NCBI GenBank assembly: GCA_046290225.1
Contig: JBKAGE010000037.1
Span: 349,449 to 413,448 of the forward strand
DNA length: 64,000 bases
Direction of reading: 5' to 3'
Source: Bradymonadia bacterium
Lineage (GTDB): Bacteria > Myxococcota_A > Bradymonadia > UBA7976 > UBA1532
Shown: piece by piece, positions 18,357 to 28,073 of the stretch
How positions within the stretch are numbered: position 1 is the first letter of the stretch
Layout: each line of letters starts with the position of its first letter
Notes under the pieces: generated by a model
Database searches by the model: none
Told to the model about the DNA's origin: nothing
What the model saw: the letters and a program-made list of their open reading frames with translations, nothing else
Made by a program: the position numbers and the translations under genes

Positions 18357-19781
18357 ATGAGATGCACCCTCACCTCCACCGTCGCACTGTGCGCTGCAAC
18401 CCTCTTCACCTTCGGCTGTGACACCACAGAGAGTACCCAGACAGCGACATCAGATGCCGACGCGCTCACCGACACCGGTCTCACCGACGCAGAGCGTGTC
18501 GAGGATGCCGAAGCCATCACCGATGCCAGTGTCGTCGCCGACGCTGCTCTGCCGGCACCCGACGCAGCTCAACCCATATATGCCGAGAACTGCGACGATG
18601 CGGTGCAGCATGGGCTCACCTTCACGCCAGCGCTGTGTGCCCACGAGATCACCCACCAGGAAGGCCTGGAAGAGATCACCGCGAGCTGTGGCGTCGCCAC
18701 GGAGACGCCCGTCCATCTGCACCTGAACTTCCCCACGGAAGATCCCTCCACCACCATCGCCATGCTCTGGACCACTGGTGGTGACACTCGGGTGAGCGAG
18801 GTGCGCCTCGGCAATGACCCAAGCGCCCTCGATCAAGTCTGGCACGGTCACACGTTCACCCATAGTCAGATGGAAGGCCGCCGCCTACACGAGGTGCACG
18901 TGTGCGGCCTCGAGCCCGGGCGTACGTACTATTATCAAGCAGGCGGTCCGGGCGGTTGGAGCGAAGTCGCGAGCTTCACGACGGCCCCAGTCAAAGACAC
19001 AGACGAAGAGTTCACCTTCGCCTTCGCCGGCGACACACGCTCTGAAGACTTCATCATGTGGAACGAGGCCTTGAGGGCCATCGACGCCCGTGGGGTGGAC
19101 ATGATGCTCTTCAGCGGTGATCTGGTGGATCGCGGGTTGATGCAGGATCAATGGGACGGCTGGTTCGGCGCCGGAGATCCGTACATGTCGCGCCTGCCCT
19201 TCATCCCGGCCAACGGCAACCATGACTGGCTCTCCCTGAACTACCTCGCCCACTTCGCCTTGCCGCGAAACGAAGAGAACTTCCATTACCGATATGGCAA
19301 CGCCCTCATCATCTCGGTCAATGACTTCCCGGCGATGGACCCCCGGGCCATCCGCGGTCGCACGCGAGAATATCTACGCGATACGCTGGCGGCCCATCAG
19401 GACGCCAAATGGAAGTTCGTCGTCAACCACCGCGCCTTCTTCAGCGCGAGCCAGCACGGCTCGACATCGGTGCTTCAAGAGGAGTGGCTGCCGTTCATCG
19501 ACGAATATGGCGTCGATATGGTCTTCAACGGCCACGATCACAACTACGAGCGCTCCAAGCCGATCCGCAACATGGAGGTGGTCCCCATGGGTGAGGGCAC
19601 GATCTACGCCATCGCAGCAGGCATCGGCGCCCCGCTCTACGAGAACGGCTCCGAGTGGTGGACCGAGATCTCCGAGAAAGTGCCTTCATATGGCATTGTG
19701 CGCGTAGCGGGTGATCGCCTCGAGTACACGGCCTACCGTCTCGACGGCACGATGCTCGACAGTTTTACTTGGACCAAGTGA
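18357..19781 (+). CDS. Purple acid phosphatase-family metallophosphoesterase lipoprotein (FN3-like + catalytic domain)
   Basis: Lipobox TFG-C; GLEPGRTYYYQ; GDTR, GDLV, GNHD, GHDHNYER. Confidence 0.9.
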   Translation: MRCTLTSTVALCAATLFTFGCDTTESTQTATSDADALTDTGLTDAERVEDAEAITDASVVADAALPAPDAAQPIYAENCDDAVQHGLTFTPALCAHEITHQEGLEEITASCGVATETPVHLHLNFPTEDPSTTIAMLWTTGGDTRVSEVRLGNDPSALDQVWHGHTFTHSQMEGRRLHEVHVCGLEPGRTYYYQAGGPGGWSEVASFTTAPVKDTDEEFTFAFAGDTRSEDFIMWNEALRAIDARGVDMMLFSGDLVDRGLMQDQWDGWFGAGDPYMSRLPFIPANGNHDWLSLNYLAHFALPRNEENFHYRYGNALIISVNDFPAMDPRAIRGRTREYLRDTLAAHQDAKWKFVVNHRAFFSASQHGSTSVLQEEWLPFIDEYGVDMVFNGHDHNYERSKPIRNMEVVPMGEGTIYAIAAGIGAPLYENGSEWWTEISEKVPSYGIVRVAGDRLEYTAYRLDGTMLDSFTWTK

Positions 19782-19782
19782 C

Positions 19783-20160
19783 ATGATGTCGAAGAAATCA
19801 TCGTTCAGCGTGCTGGGCACCCCCCTGGAGCTTTGCAGCTGCGAGCCCATGACCGGCTGGTTCCGCAACGGCTTCTGCGAGACCGACAAAGATGATCGCG
19901 GCAGCCACGTGGTGTGCGCCGAGATGACCGACGAGTTCCTGGCCTACACCAGGCGCCGGGGCAACGATCTCAGCACCCCACGGCCCGAGTTCGGGTTCCC
20001 GGGCCTCGAAGCAGGCGATCATTGGTGCCTCTGCGCGATCCGTTGGGCCGAGGCCGTGGAGGCTGGGGTGGCCCCACCCGTGTTCCTCGAGCGCACGGAA
20101 CGCTCGGCCCTCGAGGTGGTCGATCTCGACACCCTCAAGCGCCACGCGGTCCTGCACTGA
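19783..20160 (+). CDS. DUF2237 family protein
   Basis: VLGTPLELCS...PMTGWFRNGFC...HVVCA...GNDLSTP...FPGL...WCLCAIRW. Confidence 0.9.
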   Translation: MMSKKSSFSVLGTPLELCSCEPMTGWFRNGFCETDKDDRGSHVVCAEMTDEFLAYTRRRGNDLSTPRPEFGFPGLEAGDHWCLCAIRWAEAVEAGVAPPVFLERTERSALEVVDLDTLKRHAVLH

Positions 20161-20432
20161 TGCTCGAGTCACGAGAAGACGAAGCGATCCCCATGGGGGA
20201 CGATCCAAACGATCCCACCCGAGTGGCCGTGGCCCGAGAAGCCGAAGCGCTCCCTCTCAAACCACTGCTCATGGCTTTGGTGATTCCCGGTGTCACCGCT
20301 GGCGTCGCTTATGGCTTGGGCCAGTGGCTGTTCCCCGGTGAAGATCAGGAGACGATCCGTCAGGTGATGGTGGTGTCGGGCCTTGTCGCGGCGGCCGGGG
20401 CGGTGGCCTGGATGTTTACCCGCAAGCGGTAA
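20160..20432 (+). CDS. Small 2-TM membrane protein
   Basis: ATG overlaps the previous stop (TGATG); two hydrophobic helices, basic tail. Confidence 0.6.
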   Translation: MLESREDEAIPMGDDPNDPTRVAVAREAEALPLKPLLMALVIPGVTAGVAYGLGQWLFPGEDQETIRQVMVVSGLVAAAGAVAWMFTRKR

Positions 20433-20453
20433 AATCTGGCTACACTGCCGGGC

Positions 20454-21671
20454 ATGGCTGACGAGATTCACACACCCGAGCAGCTCATCGCCGTGATCCG
20501 CGAAGGTCGACGCACGGCGTGTCCGCACTGTCGACACCCCAACCCGCCCGGTCAGCGCTTCTGCTCGAGCTGTGGGTTACGGCTGAAATTCCCCTGCCCT
20601 CAATGCAACGCCCCCTGCCAGTCGGGGCAGAGCTTCTGCGGCAGCTGCGGCGTCTCCCTCGCCGAAGTGCTCAATGATCACTTCGCCCAGCTCGAAGCCG
20701 GTGAAGCAGATGCCAGAGCCGCCCGAGAAGCTGACCCTCTGAGGCGCTATCGCACCCTGCGCACCATCGAAGAAGGCCGCATGAGCCACATGCTCGGCGT
20801 CACCCCCGAGGGCGAGCGCCACTTCTTGAAGGTGGCCCGCAGCGCCACTGGCAAGCGGCTCATGGCCAACGAGCTCTCGGCGCTGGCAGATCTCGAGGAC
20901 GTACAGGGGATTCAACACCCCGTGCACACATACAGTGACGATCAACACGCGGTCGTTGCATTCGAGCAACTGCACAACCCCGCGCTGCGGTTCCCCGTGG
21001 ACATCCCCGAGCTGCTGCAGCTGACCATCGATGTGCTGGAGATCCTCAGCGCAGTGCACGCCCGCGGCTGGGTGCACTGCGATCTCAAACCTGCGCACTT
21101 GATGCAGAGGGCCGACGGCCAACTCGCCCTCGTGGACTTCGACATCGCCCAGAAGCCCGGACCAAGTGCTTTTGGGGCCTACACCGCCCTCTTCGCCGCC
21201 CCGGAGCAGATCGTCGGTGATGCCCTCGACCACCGGGTCGATCTACACGCTGTGGGGGTCATGCTGTACATGCTCTTCACCTATGATCGATTCCCTGCAG
21301 TCCTCGAAGAGCGGACGGAGTCAGAGGCGTACATTGGGGTGCTCAAGGCGCGCCCGGCGAAGAACCGGGCCTATCTGAGTGGCCAGACGATGTACGTAGG
21401 CAAGGGCTCGCTGAGCAAGGTGGCAGGTGCCCCGCAAAACATGGCGGGCCCGCCGACGAACACCGAGGCCGAGAAGCGGCGCGTACTCGGCGCGAAGTAC
21501 CTCTTCAGCGCCGAGCTCAAGCGCACATGCGACGTCAACGCCGAGATCAGGCTCGCCGGTGAGGTCATGCGGGTGGTGCGCACCGCCTGCGCAGTGGATC
21601 CGGAGGCGCGCTATCCCAGCGCTGAGGTCATGGCCGCTGATCTGCGCCTGATCATGGAGGGCGCCCGATGA
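20454..21671 (+). CDS. Double zinc ribbon + Ser/Thr protein kinase-like protein
   Basis: CPHC/CSSC/CPQC/CGSC; FLK, HCDLKPAHL, DFD, APEQ, DLHAVG. Confidence 0.85.
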   Translation: MADEIHTPEQLIAVIREGRRTACPHCRHPNPPGQRFCSSCGLRLKFPCPQCNAPCQSGQSFCGSCGVSLAEVLNDHFAQLEAGEADARAAREADPLRRYRTLRTIEEGRMSHMLGVTPEGERHFLKVARSATGKRLMANELSALADLEDVQGIQHPVHTYSDDQHAVVAFEQLHNPALRFPVDIPELLQLTIDVLEILSAVHARGWVHCDLKPAHLMQRADGQLALVDFDIAQKPGPSAFGAYTALFAAPEQIVGDALDHRVDLHAVGVMLYMLFTYDRFPAVLEERTESEAYIGVLKARPAKNRAYLSGQTMYVGKGSLSKVAGAPQNMAGPPTNTEAEKRRVLGAKYLFSAELKRTCDVNAEIRLAGEVMRVVRTACAVDPEARYPSAEVMAADLRLIMEGAR

Positions 21672-22678
21672 CCCCCAACGAGCTCAACATCGCCTTGGGT
21701 CAACATCGCCCGTCGGGCCTCTTCTACAAGCCGCTCAAGCAGGCGGGGCTCCGGCGACTGAGAGTCCTCGAACACCCGTTGATCCATCAGTGGCTCGGCG
21801 AAGCCCCCGACGGCAGCCAGATGCTGGTTCGCGCGGGCACGCATCACGAGGCCCTCGAGCTTTTGCTCAACGAAGCAGAGCGCTGCGCCGCAGTGGAGCA
21901 CCAGCACGTGATCTCCATGGCCTGGACGGTGCGCCCCAAGGCCCACCATCTGACCCTGGGCTTTCACTGGCCCAAGCCCCTCACGTTGAAGTGGCCTCTC
22001 GACCTGCGGTGGCTGATTCGATGCTTCATCTCCGCCGCCCGTGGGGCCGGCGCGCTGCACCGGGCAGGGCTGGTGCACTGCGATCTCAAGCCAGAGTCGA
22101 TCTGTTTCACCGAGGATCCACAGCACGTGCGGATTTGGGGGCTGCACATGGCGCAACCGCCAGGCACGCCCGAGGTGGAAGCCTGGTCCGCCCGGTTTGC
22201 GGCGCCAGAGCAAATCACCGGGGCTCCCCTCGACGCCACCGCCGACGTCTATGCCCTTGGGGTCTCCCTGTACTCGATGTTCATCCGCTCGCGGTTCCCC
22301 ACAATTCAGCTCTCGGGCCAGCCACGGGGCGTTTCGCCGGCGCCGCCGTCACCGCAGACGATGATGGGGATCGACACAGGCCCCGTGGGCCCACCCCCTG
22401 GGGGCGCGTTTCTGAGCGCGGCCACTCATGTGGGGGTGATCCCTGATCACGCAGGCGTGCCTGCGGCTGCTCAGGGGCCCGCTCAGGAAGCGACCCACTC
22501 GATTCTGGGGGCCAAGCTGATGTTCGCGCGGCAGATGGAGCAGGTGGCGGAGCGCACCGCGGACATCGGCGCCGCCCACGGCCTGCTCACCTTGATCGAC
22601 AAGGCCTGCGCTCAGAAGCCGACGGACAGATTCGCCGACGGAGATGCGCTGGCGAGCGCCCTGGAGGGCCTGTTATGA
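21668..22678 (+). CDS. Ser/Thr kinase-like protein, probable pseudokinase
   Basis: ATGA overlap; HCDLKPESI, APEQ, DVYALG present; VAIK Lys and DFG not recognisable (RIWGL). Confidence 0.75.
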   Translation: MTPNELNIALGQHRPSGLFYKPLKQAGLRRLRVLEHPLIHQWLGEAPDGSQMLVRAGTHHEALELLLNEAERCAAVEHQHVISMAWTVRPKAHHLTLGFHWPKPLTLKWPLDLRWLIRCFISAARGAGALHRAGLVHCDLKPESICFTEDPQHVRIWGLHMAQPPGTPEVEAWSARFAAPEQITGAPLDATADVYALGVSLYSMFIRSRFPTIQLSGQPRGVSPAPPSPQTMMGIDTGPVGPPPGGAFLSAATHVGVIPDHAGVPAAAQGPAQEATHSILGAKLMFARQMEQVAERTADIGAAHGLLTLIDKACAQKPTDRFADGDALASALEGLL

Positions 22679-22808
22679 GGCCAATTCAAGTGCACTCCGT
22701 ACATCTACGATGGATCTATTTTGAAGCGAGTACGTTTTTCTAGGGGTCAAAGGAATAAACCTCTTACCCACGAAGCTTAGTCTTTGTGTTGGATTTACGG
22801 AGCCCCCC

Positions 22809-23459
22809 ATGCTTGGCAACTTGTTCAAGAAGAAAGACCACGCCGAATTCGAAGCGGTGGCCATGCCCCACGCCGACGCCCTCTACGGCGCCGCTCTGCG
22901 CATGACCCGCGATCCCACCCGCGCCGAAGACCTGGTGCAGGACACCCTGCTTCGAGCGTACCGCTTCTGGCACAAGTTCGAGCAGGGCACCAACATCAAG
23001 GCGTGGCTGTTCCGCATTCAGCTGAACACCTTCATCAACAAGTACCGTAAGAAGCAGACCGAGCAGACGGTGATGGACGATCGCGACATCCACGATCTGC
23101 TCCACCGTCACGCCGCAGAAGAGTCTCGGGTGATCCCCCCAGACACCCGCGACGAGTTCTTCAAGAAGGTGCTCAGCGACGACGTGCTCGCCGCCCTCGA
23201 CAGTCTGCCCTTCGACTTCCGTATGACGGTGGTGCTCGCCGACATGCACGACTTCTCGTACAAAGAGATCGCCGAGATCCTCAACTGCCCTGTGGGCACC
23301 GTGATGAGCCGCCTGCACCGCGCACGCAAGCTGCTGCAGGCTCAGCTCTTTGCCTATGCCGTCGAGAATGGCATCATTCAGGCACCTGAGGGCGTCACCG
23401 CCGACAACGTCGCCGATCTCGACGCCTTCCGCCGCCGCCGTAAAAAGGCCTCTGCCTGA
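22809..23459 (+). CDS. ECF sigma-70 factor (SigR/SigH-like)
   Basis: AEDLVQDT, GTNIKAWLFRI, SYKEIAEIL..PVGTVMSRLHRAR. Confidence 0.93.
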   Translation: MLGNLFKKKDHAEFEAVAMPHADALYGAALRMTRDPTRAEDLVQDTLLRAYRFWHKFEQGTNIKAWLFRIQLNTFINKYRKKQTEQTVMDDRDIHDLLHRHAAEESRVIPPDTRDEFFKKVLSDDVLAALDSLPFDFRMTVVLADMHDFSYKEIAEILNCPVGTVMSRLHRARKLLQAQLFAYAVENGIIQAPEGVTADNVADLDAFRRRRKKASA

Positions 23460-23475
23460 GAAGGGCCCTCACCTG

Positions 23476-24267
23476 ATGTCGACTTCAAAGATCAGCTGCG
23501 CAGACTTCCGCCAGTTCATCGATCCCTACCTCGACGGTGAGTTCGACGAGCGCGACCGGGCCGACTTCGACGCCCACGCCGCGGGCTGCCCCGACTGCCG
23601 CCAGACGCTCGAGCAACACATCTGGTTCCAGCGCAACATCAAGCGCAACCTCGCCGAGCCACAGTCGATGCCCCCGGCGGCCCGAGCCAAGCTCAGGGCC
23701 CGCCTGCACATCGCTCAGCAGCCCGAGCGCCGCGCCCGCTGGGTCAAGCGCCTCGCCCTGCCAGTGCCCGTGCTCGCCGCAGGCGCAGCGTTGCTGCTCA
23801 TCACCCCCCTCACGGGCTTCACCCCTGTGGTGGACGACGTGGTGGAGCAGCACAATCAGACGATGCCTGTCGAGGTGCCCAGCGATCAGGCCAACGAGGT
23901 GGATCAGTGGTTCAAGGACAAAGTGCCTTTCGCCATGCACGCCCCCCGATTCTCTGATCAGCGGGTCACGCTGCTCGGCGGTCGCCTGAGCCAGCTACGC
24001 AGCCCCATCGACGGTGAGCCGATGCAGAAGGCCGCCTACCTGATGTACGGGGTGGGCCGCGAGAAGCTCACGGTGCTGGTCTTCGAGGGCAAGCAGCTCG
24101 ATCTGAGCAAGTTCGGCACTCAAACCCGCCTCAAGAACCTCGAGTTGTCGATCCTCGATCGCGGCGACTACCGCGTGGCGATGTACCGTAAAGACGGGCT
24201 GACTTACGCGGTGACCTCACGGCTGCCCGAGTCGGAGATGATCCGATTGGTGAGCACGGCCCTTTGA
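23476..24267 (+). CDS. Zinc-binding (zf-HC2) transmembrane anti-sigma factor
   Basis: YLDGEF...HAAGCPDC, one TM helix, periplasmic domain; follows the ECF sigma. Confidence 0.88.
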   Translation: MSTSKISCADFRQFIDPYLDGEFDERDRADFDAHAAGCPDCRQTLEQHIWFQRNIKRNLAEPQSMPPAARAKLRARLHIAQQPERRARWVKRLALPVPVLAAGAALLLITPLTGFTPVVDDVVEQHNQTMPVEVPSDQANEVDQWFKDKVPFAMHAPRFSDQRVTLLGGRLSQLRSPIDGEPMQKAAYLMYGVGREKLTVLVFEGKQLDLSKFGTQTRLKNLELSILDRGDYRVAMYRKDGLTYAVTSRLPESEMIRLVSTAL

Positions 24268-24676
24268 GCGGACGACCGTGCCTTCGGCACCGTCTGTAGC
24301 GGACGGTCATCGCCTTTGGCGACAGCCTGTAGCGGACGCCTCGCCTTCGGCGAGAGCTGTAGCGGACGCTCATTTGCCTACGGCAAATTCCCTGTAGCTT
24401 TTTGAAGATCACTTTGGGGGTGTGGGCTCGTCTACCGCGAACATTGTGGCCCTCTGACGGACCAGTTCCGGCGTAAGCCCCTACCCTGGTCCGGAAGCCC
24501 ACCAGACACACCAAAAGTCTCTTAGAAAGCTACAGCTCAGGCTGCCGGAGGCAGACTCGGCGTCCGCTACAGCTCTGCAAGGCGAAGCCGAAGCAAGCGT
24601 CCGCTACAGACGCAGCGCAGCGAAAGCTTTTGCTGGGTCGTCCGCTACAGGCGGCCCGAAGGGCGGCCGTCCGCTC
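24266..24676. repeat. Mirror-symmetric repeat/hairpin array: 3 full + 2 partial CTGTAGCGGACG copies, then the same set inverted, with unique hairpin spacers
   Basis: Direct copies at 24294, 24327, 24357; inverted copies at 24561, 24598, 24639; outer GAGCGGACG/CGTCCGCTC; inner CTGTAGCTTT/AAAGCTACAG. Confidence 0.92.
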
Positions 24677-24678
24677 CA

Positions 24679-26568
24679 TCACTCGTACCAAATCACATAA
24701 GCACTCAACGCGATGTCCCCACCTCGGGGATCCCCGCCGTTGAACAGCCCGCGGTACGTCAGTGTGCTCTCCGCGCCTGGCGTGATGTGATCCGTGATGT
24801 CCAGGCGGATGAGATCCACCGGTAAGCCCGGGCACCAGTAAGCGCGCCCTGGCGCCCAGTTGCCCCACTGACCTGGGGGCACCCCCTCACCCGCCCGCTC
24901 GGCGCAGCCCTTGAGCGTGCCTGCCTCCATGGCCGAGCTGATCTCGGTGAGCTCTACGTCATTGAGCGTGAACTGGTGGCGATGATCACACCACTCCGCG
25001 CAGTTGTCCTGCGGGGTCTGGCCGTGGCCGCTGATGATGGTCACCAGCTCCGCGCGGCGGGTGCCCTCGGGGGCCGTGAAGGTGAAGGGCTCCCGGGTGT
25101 TGTAGTTCTCGTCGAAAGCCCCGCCGGTGAAGGCGAGAGCGCCGCCAGTGGCCGAGCCCTCGGGGCCAGCGGCGGGCATGGCCTCGGAGAAGCGCAGGGT
25201 GATGCGGGCGTTGCGCTCAGTCTTGCGCTCCCAGTCGGGGCCCATCTCGATGAAGAACCGCTGGGTGCCGCCTGCCCGGAGCAGGGCGAGCATCGGCGAG
25301 ATGTCCTGAGCCCACCGGCGACGACCACGACGCCAGTAAGGCGTGATCCAGCGCATGATCTCCTGCCGCTGGGCGCACTCTTCGTCGAGGCAGAGCGAGA
25401 TGCGGGCGATGCGATCCCACTCACTGCAGGCGAAGGGGTGCTGGAACGGGCAGGTGACCTGAATGTCCACCTCGAGGGTGTTGAAGGCCGCCATCTCTTC
25501 AGCGGATGGCAGCTCCACCTGCTCGGTGAAGACCCGCTCGGTCACAGCCCGCTCAAGCAGCGTCACTTCGGTGATCTCCGAAGTGTCGGCGAGCCGGGCG
25601 TCGAGCGAGGAGAGGTGGTTGTAGAAGTGGCCGGCGTACGCCGCCATTTCGAAGTTCGGCGGCTGCCCCACCACAGGCGAGAGGCTGCCCACAGGGTCGA
25701 ACTGTTGATGCCGGTTGATAGCGAAGACGTCGGGCAGCGGCGCCTGGGCCATGCCACGGTCACCGAGATCGACAACGCCCTCGTCAGAGAACATGAAGTC
25801 GAGATAATTGCGGGCGAAGAGCCCGGCGCTGCCCTCGATCTCGGTCATGCGATCAGTGACGAAGTGGAAGTGGCTGCGCCAATACGCGCGATCGGCTGCG
25901 TCGGCGACGTTGGCACCGAGGAACCGGTCGAAGCCATCTCGAAGCGTGTTCATGCGGGCTTCGCGCTCGGCGAGCTCTTCTTCGAAGCTGGTGAAGAAGT
26001 AATGCACATTGCGCGGGCCCTGCTGATACAGGGGGGAGAGATCGCTGCCCCAGAGCTGATCGCCCTGCCATGGGCCTCCACCGCCCTGACGTAGATCCTG
26101 GAAGTAGTTCAGGAACACGTAACTCTCACAGCCGCTCCAGTTCTGGGTCAGCTGCCATGGGCCGTCGAGGGTCTGCACGGTGAAGTCACCGGCGATGTCG
26201 CCAAAAGCCGTGCCGCCATCCGCGGTCTGAAATGGTGCCTTGGGCAGGTCGAGATCTTCACATGGCCCATCGGCGAACATGACCTCACCGCCACCGGCGC
26301 CGCCCATCATGCCGCCCATGGGCTCACCACCGGCGCCGCCCACGGGCTCACCGCCCATGCCTCCGGCACCACCGCCGGCCTCACCGCCAGCGCCACCGGA
26401 AGGCTCGCCTCCCGCGCCGCCCACGGGCTCACCACCCATGCCACCGCTGGCTTCGGCATCGGGCGCTGGCGCCCCACCGCTGTCGCCATCGTCATCGCAC
26501 CCAACTACGACACAGGCTGAGATCATCAGGGCCATCGGCAACTTGCCAAACATCACGCGCAACCTCAT
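24679..26568 (-). CDS. Peptide-N-glycosidase F-related lipoprotein
   Basis: Lipobox VVG-C, Gly-rich linker, CSEWDR, RWITPY, SGHG, CAEWC, GNW..GRAYWCPG; start 26568 or 26553. Confidence 0.85.
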   Translation of the reverse strand: MRLRVMFGKLPMALMISACVVVGCDDDGDSGGAPAPDAEASGGMGGEPVGGAGGEPSGGAGGEAGGGAGGMGGEPVGGAGGEPMGGMMGGAGGGEVMFADGPCEDLDLPKAPFQTADGGTAFGDIAGDFTVQTLDGPWQLTQNWSGCESYVFLNYFQDLRQGGGGPWQGDQLWGSDLSPLYQQGPRNVHYFFTSFEEELAEREARMNTLRDGFDRFLGANVADAADRAYWRSHFHFVTDRMTEIEGSAGLFARNYLDFMFSDEGVVDLGDRGMAQAPLPDVFAINRHQQFDPVGSLSPVVGQPPNFEMAAYAGHFYNHLSSLDARLADTSEITEVTLLERAVTERVFTEQVELPSAEEMAAFNTLEVDIQVTCPFQHPFACSEWDRIARISLCLDEECAQRQEIMRWITPYWRRGRRRWAQDISPMLALLRAGGTQRFFIEMGPDWERKTERNARITLRFSEAMPAAGPEGSATGGALAFTGGAFDENYNTREPFTFTAPEGTRRAELVTIISGHGQTPQDNCAEWCDHRHQFTLNDVELTEISSAMEAGTLKGCAERAGEGVPPGQWGNWAPGRAYWCPGLPVDLIRLDITDHITPGAESTLTYRGLFNGGDPRGGDIALSAYVIWYE

Positions 26569-26651
26569 CCGCAACTCCAGAGCATCTGGGTCCACTTCGG
26601 AATACAGGCTACTGTGGCTGAAGTGGAGAGACGAGGTCCAGGGAGAGGGGC

Positions 26652-27998
26652 ATGAAGACGAGAGGTTTGACGTATTTCGGGCTGGTGTGGCTCATGGCAG
26701 GGTGTGTCGATCGTCAATCGACCGCTGACGCGCCAGAGTCGAGGCAGGATTCAGGCACACCGGCAATGAACACCGACGCTTCGTCGGGCAACCAGAGCAC
26801 CCCACCAGACGCCGGGCTCGCCGAGCCTGACGCCACCCCTGGATCCGATGCAGAGCCTGCAGCGCTAGACGCCGAGGTGCCAGATGCGGCGATGGCCGAG
26901 CCTCAGTGCGCTCAAATCACCTACTATCACGATGACTTGCGATGGGCTCCAGGGCCACCCATGGGTTTCATGGACGACCGCCTGCTCTTCTCGGTGCAAG
27001 ACGATGAGGGCCGATGGCAACTCGGCACTGAGGTCGGTGAATTGCTGCCCTTCAGCCCCAACCAGGCCGTGCTCATGGGCAGCGGCGGAGGTGGCCTCGG
27101 CTTTGCGCTGGTCAACGCAGACGGCAGTTGGATGATCTCTCATGCTGTTGACGGCACCCTCATGCCAGTGAGCGGGCTGCAACCTGTCCCCCTCGACTTC
27201 GCCCCAGGGCAAACCTGGCAGGCAGGGCCAGACTTCGTGGCCTGGACTCATGCCGGGTTCGCCTCCCGTTGGGATGCAGACATTGGAGAGCAGACGCTGG
27301 GAGACGGGCGCGTGCTCGACGCCCACGCTGACGGCACCCTGGTCTTCGACTCACTCATGCAGCTCGTGCTCCATGGCCAGGATGGGAGCGCCTTCACCGT
27401 GGACATTGGGCTCCCCCTCGTCGATGCCGCCTTCAACAGCGTTGGGCAGTACTGGGTCGAGCCAGGCGACGGCGCCCTGTGGCGTACGAACCGCAGCAGA
27501 ATACGGGAGCAGCTCGGCGAAGGCTGCGCTCACCTGTCCGTGGTGAACGATCGCATGGTGGCGGTCTGTGACCGATACATACGCCGTGGCACACTCGTCG
27601 AAGGCCCCGCCCTCATCAGTGAGGCCCCTTCAGCGCCCGGCTCACAGGCGCGCTCCATCCAGAATCAGCTCGTGCTTGAAGATGGCGCCCACATCGCGGC
27701 AGTGGCCACAGATGGCACCGCTGTCGCCTGGGCACAGTTCGATGATGAGGTGGACTGGTGCAACGGCTCTGAGGGCGGAGGGCGGCTCAGATACACACCC
27801 TCTCTCGGCGGAGGCACCACCATCTCGGAGCTGGACCGTCTCGACGCCGGCTGTATGTGTTGCGACTCGTTCTGGCCAGAGATGTGGCTGGGCTTCTCCC
27901 CTTCTGGCGACGCGCTGGCTTGGTCCTATGCAGTCTCTGACGCAGGGAAACAGGCAGCACAGGCCGTCAAAGCCGCCAAAGCCCAATTCTGCCCTTGA
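26652..27998 (+). CDS. Lipoprotein, paralogue 1 of a tandem triplet (beta-rich, possibly propeller)
   Basis: MAG-CVDR lipobox; GCMCCDSFWPEMWL; ends FCP. Confidence 0.75.
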   Translation: MKTRGLTYFGLVWLMAGCVDRQSTADAPESRQDSGTPAMNTDASSGNQSTPPDAGLAEPDATPGSDAEPAALDAEVPDAAMAEPQCAQITYYHDDLRWAPGPPMGFMDDRLLFSVQDDEGRWQLGTEVGELLPFSPNQAVLMGSGGGGLGFALVNADGSWMISHAVDGTLMPVSGLQPVPLDFAPGQTWQAGPDFVAWTHAGFASRWDADIGEQTLGDGRVLDAHADGTLVFDSLMQLVLHGQDGSAFTVDIGLPLVDAAFNSVGQYWVEPGDGALWRTNRSRIREQLGEGCAHLSVVNDRMVAVCDRYIRRGTLVEGPALISEAPSAPGSQARSIQNQLVLEDGAHIAAVATDGTAVAWAQFDDEVDWCNGSEGGGRLRYTPSLGGGTTISELDRLDAGCMCCDSFWPEMWLGFSPSGDALAWSYAVSDAGKQAAQAVKAAKAQFCP

Positions 27999-28073
27999 AG
28001 CGATCCTGAGGGGCACAGATAGACTGCGGGCATCTTCTCCCGGGCGCATCCTCGATGCGGGAATGGTGAAACG

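Noticed and set aside
15736..19781. rSAM as an anaerobic sulfatase maturase acting on the neighbouring enzyme
   Set aside because: The neighbour is a metallophosphoesterase, and no sulfatase with a (C/S)xPxR motif was recognised in the window
24266..24676. CRISPR array
   Set aside because: Repeats are only 12 bp, spacers are 17-29 bp and self-complementary, the two halves are inverted, and no cas genes are in the window
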